Below are positions 1 through 13,800 of a stretch of 64,000 nucleotides of DNA, one piece after another. Source of the DNA: Bugula neritina (taxonomy: Eukaryota; Animalia; Bryozoa); contig OZ037769.1 in assembly GCA_964035545.1 (NCBI GenBank), positions 4,693,929 through 4,757,928 of the forward strand, written 5' to 3'. The translations under genes and the position numbers were made by a program. Positions within the stretch are counted from its first letter, which is position 1. Each line of letters begins with the position of its first letter. The notes beneath the pieces were generated by a model. The model had not been told where the DNA came from, ran no database searches, and worked only from the letters and a program-made list of their open reading frames with translations.

Positions 1-3000
1 GTTAATATCATTTGTTGTGTTCCCATCTACAGCCTGCAGGATGTAATGAAACCCTGTTTATAATTTGTTTTCAGTATTAATCTCAACATTCACCGAATAT
101 TCTGCAGTATAGTAAAATAATTAGATAGTAAATTTTGTTACTAATAGGTTGTCTTGTGTTTAATTTCATAAATGACTAATTTAAAAAAACCGTTTAGCAA
201 TATAAAAAATGAATTTAAACATTGCTGAGAAGATAATTTCTTGCTAAAGATACATAGTATTATTTTGAGTATAAAATCCTTCTTCAGTATTCTTTTACTA
301 ACTTGCATAGGGGACCCAGTTTAATGCCCTACCTTTTCTGCTAACTTCTGATTAATAGCGTCATTAGATCCCACGGCTAAAGCTCTTTTATTGTGTCTCT
401 CCTTGTTCAGCCACGTTTCCTTTTTAAATGCAATATTCTCAACTAAAACGAACATCAGTACTCACATGGAAAAGCTGTGTGAAAACTATTTATATTAAAG
501 CTATTTATTTCTATAGAAAACCTTTTGTGTCAACAAACTATTTATATTAAAATTACTGATTTTTTTAGAATTGCAAAATTTGGTTAGTAGTTGTTCTGCA
601 TACCACAAGAAGAAGCCGAGTTGGGGCGAGTAAAACCAGCCCCACATTCTCCAGTATGTTGCTTTCCGAAAACTCCAGCCCTCATCGCTATCCCTTTGTT
701 CCAAGAAACTGGATGAAATCTAATGTATCTTGCAATGAAGGGTTTAGCCAAGTAGTGAAGTCTTTTGTCATTCTTCCCAATATTTCCTCCAAACTCCTGC
801 AAGCAGTAGCGTAGTTACCTTGTATTAGTATTCATTAGATTTTAAAATATATAGCTACCAGAAATTTCATGCTTCAGGGAGTTGTCTTTTCTTCTTCAAA
901 GTATGATGTACATACATTCTAATACTGGTACTCTGACCAAAATGTTTATAAAGCGTTCTATTGAAATTACAAAAGGCAAAATTATGTTATCCAACTGCAA
1001 ATTGTAAGCCATTCAGTGTACGAATAGACTGAGAACTAAAACAGTATTGTTATACACTTACCACCACCCCATCTGCATTCACTTCACTAGGGAGGCTAGC
1101 ATACTTGCTGCTCTCTCCAGCAGCAATTCTTGTGTACTAAAATAAATTTAAAAAAAAAAAAATATATATATATATATATATTAACCCCAAATATACATCA
1201 ACCCCAAATAGTATATGAAGTTTGACTCATCAATTGGTTATGTATTTGATAAATACGAGGATTGCAGGATACTAAGTAAAGGCATTTAGTTTCTTGTAAA
1301 GAGGGGGCAGGCACTACCAGCTATGCTGATCAAAGCCCACACAAATTAAGTTATCAACTTACTCAATCTCTACATACGAATCCGATTATCTAATAATGGC
1401 TGTTAAGTGGTGGACGGAAATCAAGCATTCAAGTGTACTAATCATTACATAAAAATAAATGATGCTTAAACAATACGGTTTGAGATTACGGCAAATTTGG
1501 CTATCAAAAATATCTGAGGTGGTCTACAAGTTACCATGGTTTCTAGGTCCAGAGTGTCTTTGTAAAAGGTCCAATTCTTTGTATCGTTGCTGTAGGAAAC
1601 CTTGTATTTGGTAACCCACTGTTTCCTCCCGGTGTCCCCTCTTCCCATTGTCATCAAAGCCGTCACCAATGTGGGTGGGCCTATGTCCAACTGCAGCCAT
1701 TGATTAGCTAAAAATATAGTTCCATATAAACTGATTATTCGGCACTTAGTTTGACAGTTTGGTAGAGTTGTGACAGCACGATTAATGTGTGGTGTATACT
1801 TGTATTCCAATGTTTTACAAAACTTTCTATTTTTGGCTAATTGTAATCGAAACTGTAATTTACAAACTTAACCTTCTACGCAGTTTAACGATAAGAAATC
1901 TGGGTCATCTTGCACTTAGCTAAGATGGGTTTCATGTTTAGCAGTTTCATTTTTATGTTTCCTAACTTCAATAGCATAATTATACAGTTGGTCATGAGAA
2001 TAATAAAGCTAGTGCATCAATTTTTAATGAACAGAAGCAAGAAAGTTTATTTCTATGACATAATTTGTTATTTCAAGCACACCAACATAAAAAGCTTCAA
2101 TAAAATAATATCAAATTCTTTACCTAAATGAGTAGCTAAACACAATCATATTCGATTGAGAGAATCATAAGCCTTGAGGTTTCACATGAACTTGATAGTC
2201 TACGAATTAGTCACAATCAAAATATTGTAGCACTTGCTCAAAAAGCTCCATGTGATTATGCACTCTTATATACATTGATAACACTATTCAATAAACATAA
2301 GCAGCATAATAAGAAATGCGTATGTTTCTATAGGTCCATTGTCAAGGCATAGCCTGCATATATTCGTAACACAGTGTGTGTTCTATACAGTTACATACTT
2401 GTCTGTATAAATGTATGTAGTTTTTTCTAAATAGCAGGACATATCTAGCATTTCATTTTTGTATAGAATGTAGAATAACAGTCTAATGACTAAACTATCA
2501 TGTGAAACATTTCTTTCGTTCGTTTTAGGCATATTGAAATGTTGGCAACACAATGCAATCTATTCAATTAAAATTTACATTTTAGCTGGCAAATTTTGTA
2601 AATGAGTTGCCAATGAGTTGCCAATGAATTTCGAATATTATAATAATTATTCTCTAAAAAGTAATTAATAATAAAATTAAATGTTTTGGACACCTGCTAC
2701 CACTAAATTTTGTTGTACTAATTGACAGTGGCCGGTGTGGTACATTGATTGTGTTGTAAGTGCAGTAGGCCAGATTATTGTTTGATAATTCGTTCTCTCC
2801 AGTGTTTGTTTTAGTGTAAACGTTATTCAATTTTTGAGTCCTGTAAAAGAGCAGTATCGATAGCTCAAACTCATGATTTTTAACATTTTAAAACTTGACT
2901 CAACCGAGCCATAATATAGAGATTTTAGAACTTAAGCTAATTAAATAGCGACTCTTTTTTCAGCTTAGAGGAGTTTGAAAGAAATCGATGCATGTCTATA

Positions 3001-6000
3001 ATGAGCATTGGTCTTCATTTATTAACATTGTAAGCAGCTAGTGAACCTGCAATAACGTAATGAACGGCTGAGCAATAAAAAGCATTACATTGAAGTTGTC
3101 TCACCGTTATTCTTTGCGGCGCACCATGCTTTCTGGCTAAGAATATGACCATCGTTGGCTTGACAGGAGCTGCCGCCTCTGTATGCGTGCGCTGACGACG
3201 CTATCAGGTTTGCATAAGGCAGCTGCCCGAGTGGTTTCTTATTTTCTGTAACACAAATATATATTGTAAACTAGTTATGTAATACAGGATATATTAGAAC
3301 ATAGTTGTATACAGACTTGCTGTTTATGTGTGAGTGTGTTCCCTTTTCTAGCATTTAGTAACGGAGGATTCAAAGAAAATGGTAGTGATAAGTATAAAAT
3401 TTTATCAACCCTTTGTTCAAGTGAAAATTTTCTCATCTGTCAAAAAGCACTTGAAATGTTTACACCTAAAGTTGAAAGTCTGTTACAATCAACTATATAT
3501 AAGCTTTATTTCAAGCCAGAATGTTTCATTGTTGTATGTATTGCTACTTGAATTTGGTAGAAAACAAGCGACGAGTTTCGAAATCTTTTTAAGGAAAAGT
3601 TAAATGTTGCACACCTTAGAGAACTTGAAGTGTTATTGTTGATTTGCAATGTAAAGTAGAGTACTGCACAGCTTAGAGAACTTGGAGTGTTATTGTTGAT
3701 GCAGCAAGCTTTTTAAAACAAAATAAACTCAGATAAGAAAATACTTCCAGGTGCAGCTAACTGGCTACTAGTCAGAAGCCTGCTAACATGACTTTGTTGT
3801 GTAGCTGTTGACAACCTTACAGTTCTCTTTCATGTTACATTTTAGTTCTAGCGGGCAGAGGAGTACTTCTAGTAGGGAGGGGTAGTTTTAGTAATGAGAA
3901 AGTAGTTATAATAGAGAAAGTGTGTGTTTAGTAGGAAGAGGGTAGTTATAGTAAGAGGAGGGGGGCTAATTTTTGTTATAGAAGGGGTAGTTTTAATAGA
4001 GGAGGCATTTCTTGTCGGGAAGGATAGTTCTAGTACAGATGAGGTATTTTCAATCAACAGGGGTAGTTCTATGAAAGAGATGATAGCTATATTAGAGATG
4101 GGGTAGTTATAGTAAAAAGGATAGTTCAAAAAAGCAGCAGTGTTTGATTCTACACAAATTCTCAAAAAATATTTGTTGTCTTCAAAACTCTAAGAATGAA
4201 AAGTCATTGGAGTTTAATCGATTCTTTTGACATTTGAGGAAATCCAACGGAGTTCCTATGAATTAATCACAGTTTAATTTCTACGAATAGAATTATAAGA
4301 ATGTCTCGGCACATTTCAGTTTACCTTGACAGCCAATGAGCTCTACTCTCATACTGGGGTGCTTGTTCCAGCTCTGGACATGAATCTTGACAAACCTTGC
4401 TTCAATAGGGGATGGTAAATACACATGCTCAATGGAGTATGAGTCAGCATTTCCTCTAAACACCTGTAAATATTAGTTATAAACTTTATAACAAAGGAAT
4501 ATTTTTGCAGGTTTCTTTAAACAAAGTTTATTCAAGGGTTACCTGTATACATAATGTATGAGAGAGCATGTATCAGCCTGTAGTTATGGCGCTATATTGG
4601 AATATACATTATTATTAATCTCATCAATTTTTATAGCACATCTTTATCAAAATAATCGCATTAAACACAAATATGTTGAATAATTGCATCAGTTGAGTAA
4701 ACTGTTGCTATGGCAACAACTATGTTTTAACTTGATTCTGTATGAATAACACATTTGAAAAAGAAATCTGGTGCTAAAGTTATAGACCAAATGTCTAATT
4801 AGCAATAATATGTGCGATTTCTACACATAAATTTGCATAAGTATACATCTACTGGTATTGTTGTTAAAGTATCAGTATACAGTTCGTGGTAGTCATTTTT
4901 ATTATTAATACGCATCTTGGTCAAAATTACAGCAAAACTAAGAATGGAATGTGTTGAAAAATTGTTAGTTTTGAATCACAAAGTCAGTTAAATCTTGAGT
5001 TTTTAGTGAATTTATCATTTTTTCAAATTTTATGGATATAAAAGCTTTTTTGCTGGTGTACATTCAGTTATTTTGAGAAGTTGCCTAATTCTTATCTATT
5101 TTTATCCCACATCACTATAAACAATAGATTACATCCACATTATTTACAGGTGCAACAGATTTCTATAGATGCTGCGTTTTTTATTACTATGCAAATGGAT
5201 GCTCGTAGAAATGGACTTGCATGCACTTAGAGTTGTGGCTTCATTTGATGCAACTGTTTCCAAACACCGGAATGAAAAAAATCATTCCGCATAATGCAAA
5301 GCCTGGAAGTTCGCAGTGATACAGCAAGTACAGATAGTTGCAAGACAGTAATTTACACATAGCTATACAGATGCTAGCCTAACCGTTGCTATTCTCAAAG
5401 CTCTTCAATCATCATACTCAGCATTCGACAGGCTTTACAGCTTACACCAATGATTGAGTTTAGAATACATAAAAGCTATAGAATTTAGAAATAATTTTTC
5501 CATCAAAAACTACACGACTTTCAGTGCTGCTCTAGAATTTCAGACCACTTGAAAGAGCTGATTGACCATAATTATTTGAATCAGTTTTTGTTTTGGTAAA
5601 AATTTGAGTAGACAGGGTGTCTGGCTCAAGTGTGAACTTCAATAAAAGTATCCGACCAGCTGTAATCTTCAGCTAATCACAAAGTGTCTTGGACCAGTAA
5701 ATCAACTTAAATGTGTATTTTTTAAGCAAAAGAATTCAAATATAAAATATTTGTGTGGTTATTTTAAGTTGAATAAGCCAGTGTCAAACGGTATTAAGCG
5801 GCTGTGTGAAAATAAGTATATCAGCCTTGTAAATAAATTACTGCACGGTGATGCAGGAGGACAAATGAGAGCAGTGCAGAAAAATTAATCTAGATTTACC
5901 ACATTAGAGCCGCTGCTGTCCGTAATATATGTCCAGAGAACACGGTCAGAGCTGTAGGAGAGCATAAATCCAGTCACCCATTCTTGACCATCTCCACGGC

Positions 6001-6161
6001 CTTGAATCAACACGGCTGTCACCTAAAGTAAACAATTTGTTAAAACTGGCGGCATATTTATTCCATGTCAGTGTAACCGTTCAATGTACCATCTTTAGTT
6101 GTATGAGGGAATCATAATTTGTCAACTTAAAGTAATAAGTTAAATGCAGAATTTCAATTTG

Positions 6162-6230
<69 letters not shown>

Positions 6231-9200
6231 CCAATAATGCATGAATTGACATCATCACAGTTGCTATAAATTCTTTTTTCAATGACCTTAGGTTCTTTTA
6301 TACTGCGTTGGTTACTTAAACTTATAACAAGAATATATAACAAATTAGAAGCATTTAATTAGCCAATTAAAATGATAAAGTCTGGGTTATTGGATGTCTA
6401 ATTGCAGCGTATGTGAGATAATCCACCATTTGTCAGCTATGTTTTTGTTTTATGCAGATGATTTATGTTGCACTGAGTGTAGAAATATTTGTTTTAAGTT
6501 CATTAAAGCCCTGGAATTTAATTAGACACTGTTTTTTATATAAAAAGGCAGGGCTAATCAGTGCTATTAGGGGACACTTTGGTTTACTTTTGATAATTTA
6601 ATTAAAATGCAAGTCCTCCTCATCTTATTACAAAAGTTTGATTGGGAACTAATGAGCTAGCATGGTATCAAAAGCCTATATTATAAACATTCACGAAGTG
6701 CACTGCCTATGTTAGAAAATATAGCCTAGATTTATCTTTTGTTTGCATCCAATAGGATTCACTGTATCAACAGACGAATGAATACTGTATCAACTTAAGC
6801 TACCCGTGGTTGAGGTAGTGTATTGAGTCAGCATCGTGTGAAAACATACCGGTAGTGTTAGGTTGTTGGGTGTAAAGTAAAACAATGTGAGTCATTTATA
6901 ACATTGTCCAGTAGACGCTAATAGGAATTCATAAAACACTTCTATTTAGATTCAGCAGACTTAGCATTACCTAAGTGTCTCTGCTGCAGTCTAATGTCTA
7001 AAATTTTTATGCAGATGTAGAGCCATCGAGATGTAAAATAAAACAATTATTCAAAAGTTGTAACAAATTATGTGCAAATGGTGGTTGCCGTTGCTTTAAT
7101 CATCATTGCAGCAAAAAGTTTTGCTTTTAGTTGATAAAGTCCTTCATGTATGTCTACTAGAGTTTGATGCATATGCATAAATTCTGCAAATTTCCCAAAT
7201 ATTACATTCATATCCTAGTTTTCAAAATAAAATATTTTCCTGGTTGAAGAAAAGAGAAGTGTTTGCTTTCAACAGTCAAATAATTTTAACTTACTTTTAA
7301 AATAATGTTATGGTACAAACCACTTATGATACTATAATAAATAATTGCTACCCTATCAGTATTTGCTGATAATAAAACCATTTATAGTTCAACTAATTAC
7401 TTTTATCAAACAGTGGTTTTATGTACACAGAGTTATCACCAAAGTTGCTTTGCAATGTATATTTGGTATAGTAGGGTGTAAACTTACACGAATATAATAT
7501 TATGTTAGTTGGTTACTTTTCCACTCACTTATCTGTTTGCTTTCTTAATTGGTGAATTGTTTGTGAGAAAATTATCAATTGGTATTAAAATAGCAACTCT
7601 AAAATTTAATTTTGCATAGCAACATAGTCATGCAGGTCACAGTATGATACTATCATAGCTTCTCTACTCAGACTACTCGATTCTTCCACACAAACAGTGG
7701 AGCATGAATTCCCAACTATTATCACATGCTTTCAATGAGCTGTGAAATTTCATACTTAGTGGTTTTAATGTATTGCAGAATTTAAGATAGACAAATGGCA
7801 GTTCTATCAATGAAACTAACAGATAATACCATGTAACCTAAGGGTTTATGCATTAGGGCTAGCTGGTAAATATCTATCGCCATGAAAATTTGCAAGACAT
7901 TTTGATTTTCACCGGATAGTAAAAGTTTTAACCATGACTATGCTAGTAGCATTTTAAATAAACAGTAGGAAAATAGGAAAATATGCTCCTACTTACTGTA
8001 GAGACAACTCCTAAGTCTACTTGTAGCCATTCTGAGGAAGACTTCACCCTAGCGCACCATCCAAGTCTGTTTTCTAGGTAGGGACGGGCGTAATGCACCC
8101 CACAACCTTTATCCCATTCAGAAGGGTAGTTAGAGCTAGCTGTTATCTGCCAGTCTTCAATCTCTCCAGAAATCATTCCCAGATGTCCATTGTTGTAGGG
8201 GCACCCTGTTGAGAAATCTCAAATATATATAGTTTGAATTTTGTCAATTTGCATGCAAAATTTATTATTTTGCTCAAATATAAATCTATTTATTCTATGT
8301 GAACAGTTTTACATTATCTTTATGATTACTGCAGTTTAATATATTTACATATGATAAAATCATTCCTAACTTGTTCAACAATATTTGATACATGTTTGCA
8401 GTTTTAGTGTGACTAGATTTTACATTGTTCTATCCACAATGAAACCTGTTAACTATAATATTTTAATAAATACCATAAAACTATAATTGCTTTAATATCA
8501 TGCTGAATCATAATACATCTATAATTTTTTCTTTGACTCTTTGCTGATAATTTTCTATATAACTGGGAAAACTGAGGTTATTTGATATTTGAAAAGTTGC
8601 AGACGTATATTATGTTGCCACTTGACAGCATATATAAGTTTAACTGCTGTCATTATAGTACATCTGTTTACCTTCTGCTAGCAACGTCTGCAAAACTAAA
8701 CACGCAATGTCGTCTGTCAAATTATTTAATTACTCATTGGTCCATTCTTTAATAACAGATAATCTCTGGCAATTAAGATACACCATCATCTTGATATGAA
8801 AGCACTCACAGTAACTATCCCATGCTGAATAAAACTAATGATCCATCTGTGGCTATAAATTAAGATAGCAACGTTTGTTTAGGGTTCCCTGGCACTTCAA
8901 AAATCACCCGCAAAAACAAATCTTGATTCCCACTCAGATTTCCAAATCATAAATACATAAATTGTCAATTATATACTGCATGTACATCTGATTTAGTAAA
9001 TGATAAAATGTTATAAATTCATCTTAAATGCAAAAGGAATTGCAACAACACATATATTAAAATTTTAGTATTTAGTATTTTGCTCCTATTCTTAAAATAA
9101 AGTAGTCATGTTGTGGGTGAGTTTTTCTCATGCATGTAATTCAAGCTGTGTTTTCAGTTCATTCATTGATTTTCCGTAAGTATTCCGTGCTATTTATAGA

Positions 9201-10899
9201 AAAGGAAGATAATGCGGACCAATATAGTATTTCTACTCAGATCAATATAATCAATACCTGTTATCTAACAGCGCAGATAAAATTTCACAGAGTTCTTCCT
9301 GTCTATATAAATAATTAACACTCTTCCCAAACGTAATTCTTTTATTCTTTCAAAGATTTTAATGGAGAAACACATTATAATAACAATTGAGAAAATTGCT
9401 TTTGGCAAACCGCACCGGGTGATTTGATTACAACCATTTAGCTATATATAAGTATGGTGGACTCCTGTTTTACTTCCTATAGAGAAGCTTTTATAGGCCT
9501 TTGCATTATAATATGGCAACAATTAGCCTAATCAAAAACTGACCAATCATTAGCTCTGACACATTTAATCACCCTACACTGTCCAATCACTGTCCCTGAC
9601 TCATCTAATCATATTATGTTTTCTGCATTTACAAGTGATCTGTATTTCTAATCACAGAAAAAATGTAGACTGTATCATTTGGAAAAAGTTTACATAGAGG
9701 TTTTTATGTCTGCATTGAGGAATGTTTTCGTACCCAAATATTCTGTGAAAGTTTTGGTAGTTTCTGGAGTTAAATATGTAAATCCCATTCCAGTTTGTTT
9801 ACTTTAAAAGATCTAATATCCAGTGCAGATACAGCAGAATGAAAGCATAGTATGGATGGTAGAAATAATTTATACAGTTTATATTATATGGCACACCTGC
9901 AACTATATTACAGTGAGTTGCCTTGCTACTATATATACACACACAGGGAAAAGGTAGAATTATACCTTGATGACCACTCATGGCTATGAACTATAAATTG
10001 AAATTCAAAATAGCTCAAGAGTCTATACCGTATATAATAAATAAAGTATCGATTACATACCAGCTGTTATATAACTCATTGTAGGTCAATATAACTCAAT
10101 TTAAGTCTTATAGTTAGCGTGTTGGACTGCTACAAGGTGAATTTATCTCAAGTTATTGAAATTTTAGCTAATGTGTATGAATTTACTTTATGATTACATG
10201 CCTGAGCTTTTAGTCAAGAAGCCTTTCGTAGCTGTGATTGTAAATGAGTTTATAATTGCCTATTGAAAACTAGAGTCTAAAACAAATCTAATACTGAGAA
10301 TGCAGACTGTAATTGGTAGGCAACTTCAAAGAGCTTAAAAGCATCCTTGCCCAATTTATGGCTTTTAATCAAAAGTCTATAACCTTTCAATTTAAAGTTT
10401 ATAAAGTTGAGCTGCTCTTTTCTGTTACAATTTGCTAATCTAACAAATTCTGATAATAGTCGTATAATTAAAAGTTATTATATAATGCCATAACTGAAAT
10501 AGCTACACGAGTCAAATGAAGGTAATAAAATCATACAAATAAATGTACCAAAAGAGCTTTAGCTTCCTTAATCAATAGAATTATATCTTACAAAAAAAAT
10601 ATATTAATATTCATTCTATAAATAAATAAACAAGAATATTGTGTACCTTGATCATAATTTTGCTTTGGTTTGCAATAGCTTAAATAACAAAACAATTGAA
10701 ATCTAAATATTTCAAAAAATAAACTTTAAAAGTTTTATAAGCTGTATCACAGAGTTTTAGTGAAAATCTTTGCACCACACTGACTGATACAACAGTTTTA
10801 AGGCACAGACAGATGTCACATGATGTTACCTTGATTCGCCAAAGACGCTTGGCTGCAGATGACAACTACAGCTAATATTCCAAGTACAGAGTACTCCAT
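1..10899 (-). CDS. Secreted discoidin (2x F5/8 type C) domain protein with a C-terminal F-type lectin-like domain; 3'-partial (continues beyond window start)
   Basis: Phase-consistent GT-AG exons: 10830-10899 (signal peptide MEYSVLGILAVVVICSQASLANQ), 7997-8205 (GCPYNNGHLGMISGEIEDWQITASS..WCARVKSSSEWLQVDLG), 5900-6022 (VTAVLIQGRGDGQEWVTGFMLSYS), 4325-4463 (VFRGNADS..ARFVKIHVQSWNKHPSMRVELIGCQ), 3105-3245, 1535-1707 (QWLQLDIGPPTLVTALMTMGRGD..WVTKYKVSYS), 604-796 (FGGN..ARYIRFHPVSWNKGIAMRAGVFG), 333-442 (VENIAFKKET..) and 1-33 (AVDGNTTNDIN). FA58C signature motifs occur twice. NIA...AVDGN is the N-terminal pattern of fucolectin-type domains. Confidence 0.9.
3860..4127. repeat. Degenerate purine-rich ~20-bp minisatellite (GGGTAGTTATAGTAAGAG-like)
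   Basis: Recurrent ggg/gga-tagtt(a/c/t)ta cores about every 20-40 nt, with strong G/A strand bias. Confidence 0.6.
6169..6226. repeat. (TA)n microsatellite
   Basis: Uninterrupted TA run. Confidence 0.95.
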
Positions 10900-13800
10900 A
10901 ATGGCCCACACTTCTTTGTAGTCACTCACTAAAGCTTCTCTCCAGTAAATTAAATCGAAAGAATTTTTATCTAAAAAGCAATAATGAGTAGAGATTAAGC
11001 AATAAATAATGATGATTATTTCCAAAATTTGCTAATATTATGATTATCAATCAGATCAAAGAATAGCTGAATGTTTTGTAGTTAAGGTAACTGGTAACAG
11101 CAACCTATTGAGCTTTGTAGAGCAAACACAATGAAGGTGTGTAATCATAGACTGAGATAGCTTGAGAGAATTTAAGCTAAATATTATAGGCTGGTTATTG
11201 ATTACCCCCATTATTTCTGAAATAGCTGTAATGTGAAACGAGAACAATTGATGAGTGTATTTGTGGTGCATTCACAGAAAGAGAGAAGGGGGGGAATTTG
11301 GCTTCAATGTGGGTGGTTAAGACAATTCAGTAAAGCCAACCAACTTGTCATGAAAATGACTCAAATATAGCTACAGTTAGGTAAATTGATGCATTGCTAG
11401 CTAGTGGTTTGTGTTTTGCATGCGTCAGTCAGTTCCTTTAGTTTTCGTTACGGCATTTCTTAGAGGAGTAGAAATTCGAAACTGTTATATGTATAAGGAG
11501 TGCATTGTTGGTAGGTTTGATTGTAGCCCATGAAGCGAAACTGTAATTGCATAAGCAGAACCAATTTCTTTCTGTATTTTATGTAATAAATAGAACGATT
11601 TTTATTCAATTTTAATATATTTGTTGATGTAGAATAAATTATGTCTTGATGCCTTCATATCTAACATCACAGCTTGGGGACACCAGCTGTGGATTCAAAA
11701 TTTTAAATTAATTAAATTTACATAAAACCATGACATACGCAAGATAGAAAACCTAGCTGGAACAGCCCTAACTGCATGGCTGCCGTGTGTAAATTCTAAT
11801 AGTTGAAGCCTGAATTGTAATTGAAAGAGGAGTTTGGTCCTTCTGCTATACTATGGACGATTCAAGCCTGGCAACGCCCTCATGAAGGAATCAAAGTAGA
11901 TAGTTCAAATTTTCATTTATAGAGTTGTATATAGTCGGTTGTCTTAACAGAAACCTGATTGACATTTCAGGCCCACAATTTCAATTAATCGATAGGAATC
12001 TGTAAGAAGGGGCTACAGGGAGAGGATTTGTAGAATGTATTGATTCGTTGAGGAGACAAACAGTTGCACTGATTGAGCTATTTGATTGATCGGTGAATGC
12101 AAGAGAATAGTATTGAGGAATAAATCAGTGGCTAATCAATTTCACTGCACATTCTGTATGTGATGTAGGAGTCCGGCCCATAAATGGTGCAGGTAAAAGG
12201 ACAATTTGCACATATGAATAAACAACAAACAATAAATAGACAGCTTTATCAATGTCATCCCACACATAAAGTCTCACAGCGTGGGGTAAAGAATTTCTAT
12301 TCTTTTGAAAGGGTAAAATGAGATTATGAAAAAAGATACATTTATCATTATGGATTAGGTTGATAATACGAACATAGTATTTGATGAATTACATAATAAG
12401 TACAATATGGATACAATAATGGCTAATTCAGCATTCTAACATGTCTGGTATTCTGAGAGTAGTTGTCTGGCGTTGACCCCGGCGTTGACCCCATTTTAAC
12501 AATCTTTTAAACTTTGCAAATAAATGTCTCAGGTATGAAAAGTTTACTTATAATCATTCAAACATATTGGAAGAGTTTCAGGGGTAACTAAGGCTATGGT
12601 TTTGACCTTGAACCTGTCTTAGGAAACTCCAAATCTAATCAGTAGTTATTATATTATGTTGATTGTGTGTAGCTAATTGATTGCAGATTATGTAACTTCC
12701 ATAGTTATTGTATCCATGTTTACTTTGACTATTTCTATGATCTCATAATTAACTTAGTTGGATGATGAGAAAGGAAAAATGCAAGCTCACAAATACCAAA
12801 TTGGTTTTGGTTAACTGTTATAAATTTCATTAGCCCCAAAGTTGTTTTTCCTATAGTCCATCGCATGCCCCTACACATGACAGCATTAATATAACAGCTG
12901 TCAAATGAGTTAATATATTTTAATCAGGCTATATATAGTGTGTATTGATTATGAAGTTCGTAAAGTTAATTGGTATTATAGAGAAAGCTATTAAAACAAT
13001 ATTGTTTATGATTACAAGTTTTGTCTAAATACTAACTAATTACCTAATATTGATACATCTATTGTGTTTCTTTCAGTGAAATGTTGTTGTCAAACACCCA
13101 AAAACATTCTGATCATAAATAGCCCTAATCTTTGACCTTAGCATATGCACCAGTTTTTAACAATGCCTGTACAAACATTCTAATCAAATTAGAGTAGAAG
13201 AACCTAAACTATAAGACAATATATTTAGAAACTCGCATGCTTTTTAATGAAACTGGATATTTTTATTAAACTCGTAAAAGTTTCAAGCAAGATAACCTAC
13301 AAGTTTGAAGCATGATAGATGAGCAATCCTGCATGACAGGACTGGTAAAACTTCTCAACTAAACACAGTGTTCTGTGGTTAACTATGCCATGAAGACGAA
13401 CTGTCATGTCGTGACAACTCGCTAACAAGAGAGGAGTATGTAAATCTCAGTGAAAAGTGCTTTAATTGTAATAAATTGTCTTAACACAGGCTGAGAAAAT
13501 CTACTTAGCTATGCCATGTCTTGGGCTGAGTAAAAATTTCAGGTAATTTATGAATGGATCCTCATTTTAATGTTTGACAGGAAGAACAAAGGGCTTGGCT
13601 GTTGTCATAGTTCTATTATTGGAAATTCAGATTCCAGCCAATAAATGATCTGCCATGGTCTATCAGAATCAACTGTCAGCATTCAAAATAAGTTGCAAAT
13701 GGCTTTAGATTAAGAATTAAATAATCAAATAGGTGCAAACCAATCTATAGACTAAATTTTTTGTTGAAAATAATAATCTGAAGTCATTAATATGTTCTGA

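Noticed and set aside
3869-4165. Overlapping ORFs 3869-4165 (-) and 3924-4106 (+)
   Set aside because: They lie on a degenerate intronic minisatellite, and the flanking discoidin exons splice in frame without them.
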